NCBI GenBank assembly: GCA_002104945.1
Contig: MCFH01000006.1
Span: 62,001-126,000 of the forward strand
Length of the DNA: 64,000 bases
DNA from: Piromyces finnis finn
Lineage: Eukaryota > Fungi > Neocallimastigomycota
Direction of reading: 5' to 3'
In this document: positions 41,004 to 55,583 of the stretch, piece by piece
How the letters are laid out: each line of letters begins with the position of its first letter
How positions within the stretch are numbered: position 1 is the stretch's first letter
Translations under genes and position numbers: made by a program
The notes under the pieces: model-generated
Databases searched by the model: none
Told to the model about the DNA's origin: nothing
What the model saw: only the letters and a program-made list of their open reading frames with translations

Positions 41004-41781
41004 AAATTATAATATATAATATATTTATTTAATTTATGATTAGCATAAAAAACAATGGAATGAATAATTATATAATTATATCGTTAAAAAAATAACCATC
41101 AACTATCCTATAGTTCAATAATTTTTTTTGTATTATATCAACGCAAAAATTACATAGTAAAAATAATGATAGCATTTATTATTATATACAATTTAAATCT
41201 TTTGTATACAATAAAATATTAATACCAATCGAAAACAATAGTAAGGATTCAACAGTAAAAAAATTATTTTATGTATTTCAATGATGATGAACAGAGAATT
41301 GACATAATTAGTTAATATTAGAGAATTTTTTTTTTATCATAAAGAATGAATATACCACCATGAAATAATTAATAAAAATAAATATAATCATGAAAAAGTT
41401 TGTTTATAATAAATTAAAATACTCAACTTTGATTATTAAATCCCAAATTTAATTAGAATTTATGATAATTTAATGTGTTTTTTTTTTTTAATAAGAAATA
41501 CATGAATTACATGGTATTATTAAATTTTTGTCATACCATGAATGTGATAAAAAAATGACTTTATGTCTTATGAAATGTCTCCTATAAACCATAGCTGAAG
41601 GTTTATATTAAAATTTGTTGATCATTTTTTTTTTATTTTAAATTTTATACGTTGTTTAAAAAAATAAGATATATTATATAATATTAAAAATATTCATATT
41701 CATCTTATTTTCTTATAGCTATAATACAATATACATAAATAAAATAATATTTAATTCATTATTATAATAATATTTAGAAGC

Positions 41782-41875
<94 letters not shown>
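41782..41875. repeat. (AAT)n microsatellite
   Basis: Direct reading. Confidence 0.95.
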
Positions 41876-42858
41876 TACTTATTATTATAGGAATACTATC
41901 GTATGAAAAGCACATGACAAAATATAAATTTATAAAAACTTTTATCAAAATATGATAGTTAATAAATTTCTTTTCATTATTAGTATTATTCTTTTTTTAA
42001 TTTTTTTTTATTTACTATATTTTTTTATAATAACATTTATTAATTATTATTATTGTGGTATTAAAACGAGCCGCAATTCCAATTACATTATATTTACACA
42101 AGTGTTTTAGATTTTCACCAATATTTTATTTTTTTAATTAATATTAATATATATAATATATATTCTCATATTACCCCCTTAATTTATCATGAAATCAAAC
42201 ATTTTATGACTTCTCATCCATCATACAATATTTAATTTTATTTATATCAAAATTTACAATATTTTCACATTAAATATTATTTTATTGTATAACTCAATAA
42301 ATAGTACACTATTAATAATAACTATACATCATCATCATACCAAAAAAAAATTATTATTATGCTTAAAATAATATACAAAAAGGAAAGGTATATTGAAATA
42401 GTTTTTTTTTTTGTGGTGCTATTTTAAGAATATATTTAAAATTATAATAAATTTAAGAATTTCTATTTAATTTTTCCATATTATTTTTTAATCTTTAATA
42501 ATATATTTTATCAAGTTTAAATTAAAATTTATAATATTAGAAAAACTTTGCTTTTAATAAGATGGTACTAAGGGAAAGTTTTGAAAAACGAAAATTGGTA
42601 TTAGTAAGAAAGCGATGTTTTTCATTATTTATTTGTTAAATATTATCATAATTAATTAGGTTAAAAGAACAATTATAATACTTTTATTATATATTCATAA
42701 AATTTCATCTATCTCATGTAACATATTTAAAAATTTTTTATATAATATTCAATTAAATGTCAAAGTATATTATTGTTTATCATCATTTATTAATGTAATA
42801 GGGATATAACTTGAATGTTGGATGCTATAGGAATGAATTTTATTAAAAATGTTCTTTA

Positions 42859-42934
42859 AAACAAATAATTCACTAGTGTTGAGTTTTCATATCTGCTTAA
42901 ACAAATAATTCACTAGTGTTGAGTTTTCATATCT
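42859..42934. repeat. Tandem duplication, 36 identical bp, period 40
   Basis: AAACAAATAATTCACTAGTGTTGAGTTTTCATATCT at 42859-42894 and 42899-42934. Confidence 0.95.
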
Positions 42935-44375
42935 ACTAATATCATCTTGAATATGGTATTTAAAAATTAAATTTTTATTCAGAATTAAAATTACTTATAT
43001 ATTTTTTTATTCTAATCTGAACTAGTATTAATTATCTTTGTGATTACTTTACTACTATTTTATTTTAAAGTCCTTATTTTTTTTTTATTAACCATTTATT
43101 CCCCTTTTCCAATATTTCCAATGATAGGAATATTTATATATACAGGAGAATCTTTTTCAAATTAGCCAATATGAGTTAAACCCAACAACCCGAATCCTTT
43201 CTTTTTTTTTTTTTTTTTATTAAATTTGTTCCTATTTGAAGTTAATACTAGTAACAATATATCAAAATTATTTATATTATTAATAATTCATTCATTTAAT
43301 TATATATATCTTGTTTGGATTAATAAAAAACGAATCAGTTTTTTTGAATATACCTATTCTAAGAATTAAATATTTCTCTTTATGTAGTATTCCTTCTAAT
43401 AAAAATAATTAAATTTTTTTTTATATAGCATAATATATATAATATGTATTAAAGTTCATTTAGCTTTTTATTACTAATATATTGGTATATTAAAACTCTA
43501 TTGGGTCATAATATTAGAACAAATTAACATCGAAACTTTTTGTGATTTCTTAGGCTAATGTTAAAATTATAATAATTATTTAAAATAACGAAAGGATATA
43601 AAATAAAGTTTATCGACATTTAATATATTTTATATTAAAAAATTTATGTGAAAGACTAAGAGAATAAATGATATATTTAATATATTGAACAAATAATATC
43701 AATAATATAATTAAATAATAATAAACAAAAATATTACACAGAAACTTTAAAACTAGTTCATTTACCATATTTTTTAATTAATTTAATATATTACAATTAC
43801 ATTATAAATAAATTAATTTAATATAGTATAATTCTATTATATTAAATTATGTTTTTTTTATCGAGTTTTACAACAAAGTTAAAACTTTAGGAATATCAAA
43901 AGAATATTTCAATGAAATATAATAATTTATTTAAAACAATACTATTTAATTATATATTAAAATATATTTATTATATATTATAAGAGTTATCCATATTATT
44001 TAAAAGCATAAAAAAACTTATATAATATGATATAATATCACTCATTATTTTAATATTATATTATACCATTATTTATCTATTAATAAACGATAATTTTATT
44101 ATCAATAGAAATATTTCATAATGAATTATATAAAACATATAATTTATATAGATATATAATTTCTAATATAATATATATATTTTAATTATATACCTATTAT
44201 ATAATTAATAATTAATAGAACATGTGTATTAAAAAAGGAATAATTTTTATTAATAATATTAATGATTTTTTATTTAATTTTTTTTTTTTTTTAAAAAGTA
44301 TATATAAAATAAAATTTGGTATCTTTTTTATTTTGAATTTTTTTTTTATTAATTTTATTTGAAACTTTTAAAAAC

Positions 44376-44419
<44 letters not shown>

Positions 44420-45047
44420 ATTTATTTACCTAAATGTGCTAATAAAAAAGAAATAATAACAGATATTTAAAAAAAGAAATATTTGAAATATAAGTAAATA
44501 ATAACAATAAAATAATAGTAACAGTAGAAAAAAACAATACCAATAAAGAAAACATAACATAATAAAGGAAATTTATTACATATATAATATAAAATCAAAA
44601 TTACCACTATATATTATCTTTTACCATTTTAAATTTTAGTTTAATCTTTTTATTGAAATTGTAAATATTACATTAAAACTTAAAATATATGAAGATAATT
44701 GTCAATTTTTAAAAATTAATTTTAAAATATATGAATTATAATGTTTTCATATCAAATCATATAAAAGTAATATAAAAGTATAAAAAACATTACACCTGTT
44801 TTTTTTTTTTTTTTTTAAAAGTAGATACTAGTATCAATGAATATATAATATTATATTGTATATATTCTTTTGATTTAAATTTAAAATTTTCTTAAATTAT
44901 ATGTAAAATATTCTTTTTAATTTTTATAAAAGTTAAACATTCACACATTTTCATATTATATAATATACATATGCCAATAAAAAATAAAGAATAAATATAA
45001 AAAAAAAAATAAAATTAAAAAAAATTAAATAATTAAATAACAGCAAC

Positions 45048-46678
45048 ATGGTACAGATACAAAATATAAAAAATGAAGATATAACATATATAAAATCATA
45101 TGTAAGAGAAAGAAATATTTCAAATATAGGCCGTTTTGAACTTAAATATACCAAATTTAATTTACAATTTCCAATAAATCTTAATAAAGATATAAAATAT
45201 TTAACTAATTCATTGGATATAAGTAACAAAGAAACAAGATATTTAATACCAGAAATTAATTGTGAAAAAACAAAGAAACAATTTTGTAATGAAATTAATA
45301 ATATAATATGGGATATTGAAAGAGATATAAGAAAGAAAATAGGTATTTATTATTATATATTTAAAATAAAAAAAAAAGAAAAAAAATAAATATTTCGACT
45401 TAAATAATAACAAAATAAATAATAATACTTTTTGAATTAAATGTTTACAATATATAAATAATAGTGTTTTATAATCCAATAAAATTCAGTATAAAATTTT
45501 CAGAACTTGATGATAAATTCGAAAGTGAATCACATTTAGCAAGTACTTTTATAGAAGCTTATTATTTACTAAAATTTGAAAATTCATCAAAGAAATTAAG
45601 TTATCCTCAAGCATTGGTAAAACAACTTGTTAATAATAATCAAATTGAATATCGAAGTGATATTGATTTTGAAATTATTCTTAGTAACAATGAAAAATAC
45701 TATATTATTGTAAGAGGAAATATTTTTTTTTTAATATAAATTCATAAATATAAAATAATAAGTAAGGTTAATGAATATATATATATATATATATTTTGAA
45801 ATAGAATCCTAATGAACTTAAGGATAAAAGCAATGGCTATGATTTAAGATTAATATTGTATCACGAAATAATACATGGTATGTTTTTATTTTATTTTATA
45901 TATGAACATAAATGAAAAGTAATTAAATATTTATTGAAAATTATACCATATAGGTTTAGGAATAAAATCAGAGGCCATAAGCTATCCAAAGTATTTAGAA
46001 TCATATGAAAATGTAAATTCATCAGATTTTACAACATATACCGGTGATAATTCATATTTAATGATTCTATTTGAACCTACAGTTTATGATTCATATCTTT
46101 ATAATAAAGCCATTTCAGATTATTCAATAGCAGATGAAATGCTTCCTATGGTTGAGAAATTTCCAGAAATTACAGAAAAAATAGGAAAGGATCAAAAGCA
46201 AAATTTATTTTCTTTTTCTAGAATAATGAGTGAAGTAGTAGAAACAAATACAACTGTACTTAATAAAGCACATAATGCCTATGATATGGTAACAAATGAA
46301 GGTCTCTTTTTTAAAGGGAAATTATATGATATACCTTTACATGTAGTTGAACATGACTTTGTAACAGGTGTAAGTATCACACACACTAAACATTATAATA
46401 ATGAAATAGAAGGTGATAAAGTTTTATTAGATTGGTGTATTTCTAAAGGTACACTTTTGACCGAAGCAAAGGATATTATGGGTCCAGAAATAATGGACAT
46501 GTTAAATACTATAGGGTGGTCAACAATAAATGAGGATCATAGTCCCAACGATAATTATACTGTAGGAAATCCAGATAATATATTTTCATTAGTAAAAAGT
46601 GATTCTTCAGCATTTTCAATACCATTACTTCCTTTATTTAATATATGTATAATACTATTATTATTTTTATGGCATTAG
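45048..46678 (+). CDS. Putative zinc metalloprotease (HExxH) with a GPI-anchor-like C-terminus; N-terminus unresolved
   Basis: Exons 45048-45342, 45465-45709, 45805-45877 and 45954-46678 splice in phase to give YPQALVKQL...YDLRLILYHEIIHG|LG...GVSITH...MGPEIMDMLNTIGW, ending SDSSAFSIPLLPLFNICIILLLFLWH. Confidence 0.8.
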
Positions 46679-46918
46679 AAATATTATATAGTTTTAAAAT
46701 AATAATAATAAAAAAAGATGAATAGAAATTATTATTACTTTTTTTGTAAAAACAAAATTAAAAATGTAAAAACAAAATCAAAGAGTTAATTTATGGATGT
46801 ATATGTATAAATTAACAACTTCCATAATTAATATATAATTATTATTAAAATTTTAATATTTTAATCTGTTTAAAATTCAAACCTATATTTTATTTTGTTT
46901 ATAAATAATAAGAAAAGA

Positions 46919-47057
<139 letters not shown>

Positions 47058-49727
47058 TCAAAACAAATAAATATAAATTTATATTAATAAACCAGAGTAA
47101 TATTATCAAAAATAAAAAAATTCGAATACACATTATATAATAACTCAAATCTATAAATAAATATTATAATATTTGTTAATCATTAAAACAAAAAAAAAAT
47201 TATTCATTATGACTTAACTTTTTTAAGAAAAACAAAAAACTAATCCAATAGTTATGAAAAAATTAAAAAAAAAAATGTTTTAAAGTAATTATCTTTTTTT
47301 AATTGGTAATATTTAATATATATTTTGTGTTAATTTTTTTTTATAACATTGTTTAGTATGTTGTTTCAAATAAAATTATTGATTTTCATTAAACATGATA
47401 AAAAAAGGCATATTAATATTTATTATCATAAATTTATCATAAATCTAACACATATCAATATATTTTTAATTTATTATAGTTTATGATCACATTAATTAAT
47501 TTTTTTTTTTTTTTTTAGTTTTATTGGAAGGTGTTTAAATTTTTTTCTATATATATTGATATACTATATTTTTTTAAGTTTTATCAAAGTAAAAAAAAAA
47601 AAAATTCTCAAATTGGGAGAAATAAATAAATAATTATTAAGGTTTTAAAAAGGTTTTAAATTTTTTTTAATAAAAAAAAAAAAAATAAAGTAGTTTTTAT
47701 GAAAAATTTTAAGAGATTAAATATAAAACTTTTTTTTTATATTTTTAATCTTGATGTTTCTTTGCTTATTTTTTATTTCTACTAAATAATAAATTAAAAC
47801 ATTAATATTTAAATTCTTTTTTTTTTTTTAATTAGACTAATAAAATATAACACATATAAACATTTTTTTTATTAATTTTAAAATAAAACAGATTCACTAC
47901 CTTAATATTTTGATTACAAAAATTAATAAATAGATTTTTCTTAAACATTTTTATACATACTATTTTTTTTATATTTTGTTTATTACTTTTTATCAAACAT
48001 GTGATTTATATAAAAGGCATATGTTTTCCATATTCCTATTTATTTTCATTATTTTTCAAGAGATAATATTAAAAATATTAAAAAAAAATAAGTTTAAAAC
48101 ATTAAGAATTTTATTGAAAATTAGTGTTAAATTCAAGTTGAGGCTATGTTAATTTTATCTAATGGATAGTAATAATTATATTTTCTAATTCATATATATA
48201 TGAGTTAATATATATTATTTTTGAGGTGTAAATAAATTTTGTATTTTTAAAAAATTTTTGATGTTGGAAGAATAGATAGTATTCAAATTTAATATTTTAT
48301 GTATAGTATAATAATTATGCAGCATTATATATTTATAGGCATATACTTATTCATATTTATATATAACAATTAAGTATTTATTAATTATTTAAACTACCTA
48401 GGTATAGTAACATATAATTTTTTTAAAGTTTTTATAATATTAAGCTTTTAATTTTCTTTTTATATCTTAATTTCTAATTAGCTTGAATTCCGGTTAATTT
48501 ATTATTAATTAGGATATTCATTAAGTTATAAAATGAATTATTTTAAACTTTATATAAATTGATCTTCATTTGTAATGACTTTAACATTTTAATTACGAAT
48601 AAATATAAATAAAATTAGATAAAAAAAGCTATTAATTTAAATACATAATACTTTTTTAATTTTATATATTTAAATAGTAAAGAGTAATGGATGAGATTTA
48701 ATAATAAAAATATTTATACAAATTATTTATTTTAATAACCATTAATCATTTAAATTAATATCATAACAAATTATTTATACTTTTTTTTTTAATTTCTATT
48801 TTAATTAGTTATCTATCCATAGATATAGATCCTTTGATTTTTGAATTGTTTTATAATGACCTAAATTTCAATTATTATATATAATTTCGGTTTATAATAA
48901 ATAAATAAATAATAATAATAATATTAGAAATTTAAAAATAATATTATTCTCATTAGCCTTATTACAAGTAGTGACTTTAATTGAAAAAAAGTAGAATTAT
49001 TAGTAAGGTTTTTTTTTCCCATACTTTTTTCTAATAATGTTTAATGAAGAAAAAGTGAATTATATAACAATTGTTTATATAAAAGATAAGCAGTAACCAT
49101 GTATATATAAATATTTTTAAATTAAACAATCTTTTTTTTTTTTGACTTTATGCAATCATTTTGATATGGAGTAGTACTTGCTTTTCATTTTTTTTTTAAT
49201 ATTAATTTAAATATATTTTAAAGTTTTAAAAATTTGATAAATATTGGTTAATGTAATTAATTTAATGATTTTAATTAAAAAGTAATTAAAAGTAAATTAT
49301 CCATTCATTTTTATATGAAGATTATAGGAATAGAATTATCACATCTTTAAAAAACATTTACATAATTACAAACTTTATATTTTATTTTTATGAATAATGA
49401 AAATATTATTTGTTATAATCCATTAAATATTTCATTTTTTTACTTTCTTATTTTAGAGAATTAAAAACTTTTTAAAGTTTTTTTTTTTTTTTTTCTTCTT
49501 CTTTTAATTTTATTTTTTTAGAAATCAAATTTTGAATTAAAATAATTCAATTAGATAAAATTTTTGAAAGTAAGAATTAGAAATTATTGTAAAGCGAACT
49601 AACAAACAAACAAAAAAAGAATTGAACATTAATAAAATACAATATTATTACAAATAATAAAACATAGTAAAAGTAATAATAATAAGACCTTTTTTTATAA
49701 CCATTACTTAAAAAAAAAAAAAAAAAA

Positions 49728-52700
49728 ATGAATGATGTATATTTAAGACCATCATTAAACCATGAAAAGAAATTCAGTATTTCTTCTCAACAACATAGTA
49801 TTTATAAGTCATATGAAACAATGAATTCAAATGTTTATTTATCATCTAATTCAGTGGCTAGTAATATTAATTCAGAATACATGAATTTTACTAATAAAGA
49901 TTTTGAATTTTTCCCAAGAATTTTACACATTCCAAATTCTATTACTTGCCAAAATGATTTTTCATGGGGATTTTGGAATTGGATTCATAGTTTGGATAAT
50001 GTTTACCAAGATAATGTTGTTCATGATAAATCACCATCCGATGAAGAAACCCTTTTATATACTAAAGTTTTTACTCCAGATGGTACATCATTTCAATTAA
50101 ATCCATCTTATAAACATCATACAAAGCATTTACACATTGAACGTAATAATATTCCAACTCCAAAATCAGAAGCCATTATTAATAAAAGAAATGCATTGAA
50201 TAATTATGTTAATCAACATAATGAAATGGAAGGAATAAGGTAAATAATATATATATATAAAAGAGAAAAGAAATAAATTAACCATGATTAAATTTAATGA
50301 TTATTTAGTTTTATATAGTATTTTGTGAATTTATTTTTAACAATTTTTTTATAAAACTTTTTTTTTATTGTTTTCTTTATTATATATATTATTTTATTAA
50401 TTATAAATAATTATAAATAATAATACTAAAAAAATATATATATAGTGAACAAAATCGTTCCTCTGCTCAAAAATTCAATTCAACTATGGTTCCAAGATTC
50501 TATATTCAAGGTAAAAATATAATTTATATTTTAATAATATTTATATTATTAAGATATATATATATATAAATTATAATATATATAAATTGACTTTAAAAGA
50601 TTAATATCTTTATATATATATATTTTTTAAAAATTGAATACATTTATAATTATTTATTATAGTTATGAATTTCAAAGGAGAAAACTTTAAGAATGGTAAG
50701 TTAATATGAGGATAATAATAATATTTTTTTTTTTTCAAGATTTAAAAAACTTTTATATTAACTTATATTATTATATTATATGTATATTATCATAATTTTA
50801 TAGTAAGTTCTATTTGTTGTTCCATTGAAATAGATAATAAAAAGGTATTCACAAGCATAGCAAATTGTCATAAAAACAGTGATGGTACTGTTACTGCAAA
50901 ATTTAATGAGGCCTTTGTTTTGTTAGTATTTTCATTTTTAATTGAATATTATCATTTTAGAATTAATTTCGATGAATTAATAAAAATTTTTATTCTTTTT
51001 TACTAATGATTTTTGTATTATTATTATTTTTATATATTAGTGATGTAGCATCAAATGAATTTTCAATTGTTATTAGTGTATATGGTCTTTATCATAAAAC
51101 AATTAATAAGTCCTTTGTTAGTAATATTAAAAAGACATTAAATATTAAAAATGAAAAATCATCAATTAGACCAAGTTTTACTGGTGTCTTTAGAAACTAC
51201 CATATAAATAATGATGAATTATGTGCCTTAACTACTAGTAGTATTAACGGTCCAAAAAATTCTACTCTTACAAAATCAATTTCTATTATTTCAAATACCT
51301 TCTCTTTAAAAAAAACAAAGAAAGAATCCACTAAAAATCCAATGGATAATATTGACTTAATGGGAAAAGAAATTTATATTGGAGATTATGAAATTAACTT
51401 TACTTCTCAAAAATTAGATAAAACTACTGGAACATATATATTAAAACAACAAGCTCTTCCAACCAAACAAAATACAATTTCAAGTAAAAATATTCAACAA
51501 AGTATTATAATTCAAACTGGTATTTACTGGGATGAAAAAGTTAAACAATCTATTTCTGTAAGTACATATATATATATATAATATATTTGATTTTCAATCA
51601 TACTATTATTATTATTATTATTATTATACTAAATATAAAAATAAAAATAATAATAAAATAAAATTAATCTATTATATCATCATTATTAACTATATACATT
51701 ATTTTATATAAAAATATTTTTTATTAGTATATTAATGAAAATATTTATTGTGATTATCTCAGTGTTCAACTTTCAACTACAACTGTCCCAGTAATTATCA
51801 TATTATAGAAAAATTATTTTTAATATATAATAAATAAATTTATATTAATATATATTTTTACTATTATTAATTACAACTAATAAAATAATAAAAAAAAGGT
51901 TTGGAAGCGTTACTGGGTTATATTTAAGGAAAATATCTTAACCTTTTATGACTTTGAATATAAAGAAGTAAGTCTTGATAAAATAAAAATATTATATTTA
52001 ATAAAAAAATCAAAAATTTAATTAAAAAATATATAAAATATTAACAATTTAATTTTATTTTAAATTATGAAGAAAAAAGAACCAATTGGTAAGATTGATA
52101 TTCATACTTTAAAATCAATTGGTTTACCAAATCCAGAATATAATAGTATGCCAAATTGTTTCTGTATTGAATTTGAAGAAGGAAAGGATTTAGCTGATAT
52201 TGTCGGTGTATTCCAAAAAGAAGGTGATTATAATGAAGAAGTTGTTGAAGAAGATACTGAAAATAAGAAATATGCTAGAATAAAACCAAAAGAAGAATTA
52301 TTACTTAAAAAAGAAATAAAGTTAGATGCTAATGAAAATAATAGTAATGTTAATAGTAACAATACTTTATATTCAAGTAAAAAAGAAAACTTAAATGATT
52401 CTATTATTGAAGAAGAAGAACAAATTTCTTCAAAGGATAATGCTGAAATTAATGGTGAAAAGAATGAAACTACTGAAGAAAAGAAAGAAGGTAATTCACT
52501 CGATAATGTAGCAATAAATATGGAATCCATAGAAACTATTATGAAGAATATCTCCCTTGATATTAACAAAGAATCAAATGAAGCTGTTAATTCTAACAAT
52601 ACCTTACACCAACAAAATCAAGAAAAAATCCCATATTATGAATGGATCAATAGAGTTGTCACTAAATCTTCTGCCTACTTCTACACTGATTCTTATCCAA

Positions 52701-52759
52701 AACTTAATCAATGGATGAAGACAATAGAGGAATCGCCATGTTTCCAAATTTCCAAGTAG
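49728..52759 (+). CDS. C2-like + PH domain protein, anillin/Bud4/Mid2-like, about 8 exons
   Basis: C2-like region PRFYIQ...SIEIDNKKVFTS...KFNEAFVFDVASNEFSIVISVYG. PH region YLSVQ...VWKRYWVIFKENILTFYDFEYKEKKEPIGKIDI...PNCFCIEF...YFYTDSYPKLNQWMKTI. The gene is clear; the family call is from motif resemblance. Confidence 0.7.
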
Positions 52760-53139
52760 ATGAAATTGAAGAGAAACTTTTTTTCTTTTTTTTTTTTTTT
52801 TTTGATTATGAAATGGGAAATGACTATTTTTTTTTTTTAAAAAAAAAAAAAAACATATTTACAATTTAATATGAAATATTAAAAAAGTTATACCTTTTTT
52901 TATTTATTAACTTTTTTAATAATAATAAATTATATATATATTTTAATTTTAATTATCTATATAAGAATAATAAAATAGAGATAATAGAATGTATTTAAAT
53001 TTTTTTGAATTTATTTAGAAAACTTTTTTTTTAAATTAATAGAAATAAAAAAAATATTTTATAATATTATAAATAATAAAGTATTAAATCTTGTTATTAA
53101 TAAGTTTGGTATAATTTTTTTTTTTTGTTTTTTGTATAG

Positions 53140-53178
<39 letters not shown>

Positions 53179-53245
53179 GTTATTTATTAGGATTTGATAA
53201 TATTTCATCATTGAATATCATATATTGTTTAATGTGATATATTAT

Positions 53246-54449
53246 TTAAAAAAGTATATTACAAATTTCTTGTTTTTGTTCTTCTGTTTCTTCGTTTAAA
53301 TATTTCATTAGATCTTGTTTATGATAATAATCATGTATTGAATTTTTTATGATTTTTAAAAAACTTTTTTTTTCTGACATATATGGTAGTAGATTCAATA
53401 TTTCACCTAAAAATAGTTATTTATTTAATGATGATGTTTTTGTTTTTTATGGTAAAAAAATTTATTTTATTAAATTTTTTATTATTTTCGGTATTTTAAA
53501 TTGTAAAGCCAATACTTACCAATTTGTTGAATTGAAAATATATAGTTTTTTTTAATAATATCTATAACAATTTCTATTTTATTTTAAGATTTTTATATGA
53601 ATATATTATATATGATATATTGATTATTAAAAAGTTTAATAATTATTATTGTATTATTGTATATTGTATATATACAAATAAAATTTACTTTCACGATAGA
53701 TAGAAGAAGGTGCTTCAATAATTTTTCCAATAAATTCTTCAAATTCATTTTTTGTAAACAGTATTTTAGATTCTTTATCATTTTAAAAAGGGTATTTATA
53801 ATTGTTATTAAAATTTCAAATAATATTGATAATTAAAATTATAATTGGATATATATTAAATATGTTTATTATTATTTTATTTTAATTATACCTCTTGACT
53901 CCAAAATTTCATTGATAGTATTATTCTTTATATCATTATTAATTGGTATATTTAATGACATTTTATTTTTAGTTGAAATGTTCATTTCATTGAATTGTGG
54001 ATTATCTGATGGAATAGTATTAAGTTTCAATGATGTACAATCCCTTGTTTCGACATTCAAATCATTATTTACAGTAGAATGGTGAATTAAATATAAAAGA
54101 TTATTAATATTATTTTGAATGCATTTTAATTTTTTTTCTTCCTCATTATCTTTTTTTTCTAGCTCTTTTTTTTTTTTTTATAAACAAATAAAAAAGTGTA
54201 TAATAATATGATATATATAATATAAACATTTAAATATATTAGTTAAATGGATAATAATACTAATGAATTGAATTAAATAAATTTTATACTTTTAATTAAT
54301 AATTATGTTAACTAAATATCAATTATTATATTGTTATTCACTTAATACAATAATAAAATACCTTCAATCTTTCTAAATAGTCTTTCATGTTTTTCTGAAA
54401 TAGCTTGAAGTTGTTGTAATTCTTTTTCTGAATTAAATTCTGATTCCAT
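53246..54449 (-). CDS. Small 5-exon protein with a C-terminal DUF4476-like domain
   Basis: In-phase exons: MESEFNSEKELQQLQ...RKIE|ELEKKDN...ESR|ESKILFTKNEFEEFIGKIIEAPSSIYRE|NIIKKNYIFSIQQI|GEILNLLPYMSEKKSFLKIIKNSIHDYYHKQDLMKYL...ICNILF*. Largely missed by the ORF track. Confidence 0.75.
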
Positions 54450-54899
54450 TATTATTATTTGTTATTATTTTCTTTACTTTTTTGTTTTTTTGTTTTTTTA
54501 TATATGTATATTTATATATATTATAAACAAATGATTACAGTAGTTATAGAATATATTTTTATAAATATTTTTATTGACTGAGATTCATTTATAAATATGA
54601 TGTTAACAACTTTAATTCTTAATTTTAAATTGTAAAGAATTTCGACTTTTTTTTTTTTTAATTAATTTTTTTTATTATTTATTTTAGGAAAAATTTAATA
54701 TAAATTAATTTTTAGTAATTAACTACAACAACAACAACAAAAAAAAAAAAAAAAAAAAAAAAAAAGAAAAAAATAAGAATTGTTAAGAAGATGATAATTA
54801 ATATCAAATTTAAAGTATTGATCTGATTCATATTATATATTATATCTTATTATAATAAAAGGTTTTTGAAATCTATATATTTTTTCACTTAATTCTTGA

Positions 54900-55583
54900 A
54901 TATTTTTTGAATATTTGTCGTATTAATTGATGGTTTTTTCCCCATTAGATATAGATAAGTACTCTCATTAAGGCTAATTCTAATACTTAATTTAATATCT
55001 GTATTAAAATTTCTGCTTTTAATAATTCAAAGCCATCTTTAGAACATATATATTCATCATTTAATAAATATGCTAATTTACGTGTTGTCTTTCTTAAGAC
55101 ATTAGTATTTATACTAATGAGTACTTTGAAAAAAATTTTTTTTTTTTTATCAATATTAATTCCTTTTTAAGTTTTTTTTTTTGATATATTTTATCGCTTT
55201 TTAACATTTCATATAAATACCCAGCATCTAGGGAACTTCTATAAAAAGGAAATAAATATAATAACTCTTTGACATTGGAAGAGAAATAATTAAGGCATAC
55301 ACTTTGTTTCAATTAATAATAATACTGATATTTGAATTCTTATCAAAGGCTTCAATTCTATCTTTTTATCCATTTTAAAGTTATTATTTAATATGATAAG
55401 AAAGAATTAGAATCTGAAAAATCATAACAGGCTAGTGGATCTAAACAAGTGAATAAGAAATTAAAATTCTATATATAATGACCTTTAAAGAATTTATAAT
55501 CTTTGACACCCTTCCATAGTTCATATTATACAATTTATACAACTTCTTTTTGTAAAACCACTAACTTTTTCTTGTTTTCCATA
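54900..55583 (-). pseudogene. Decayed coding-like relic of unknown origin
   Basis: Protein-like fragments (YELWKGVKDYKFFKGHYI*NFNFLFTCLDPLACYDF; FSSNVKELLYLFPFYRSSLDAGYLYEML; LRKTTRKLAYLLNDEYICSKDGFELLKAEIL) broken by stops and frame changes, with no splice path found. Confidence 0.35.
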
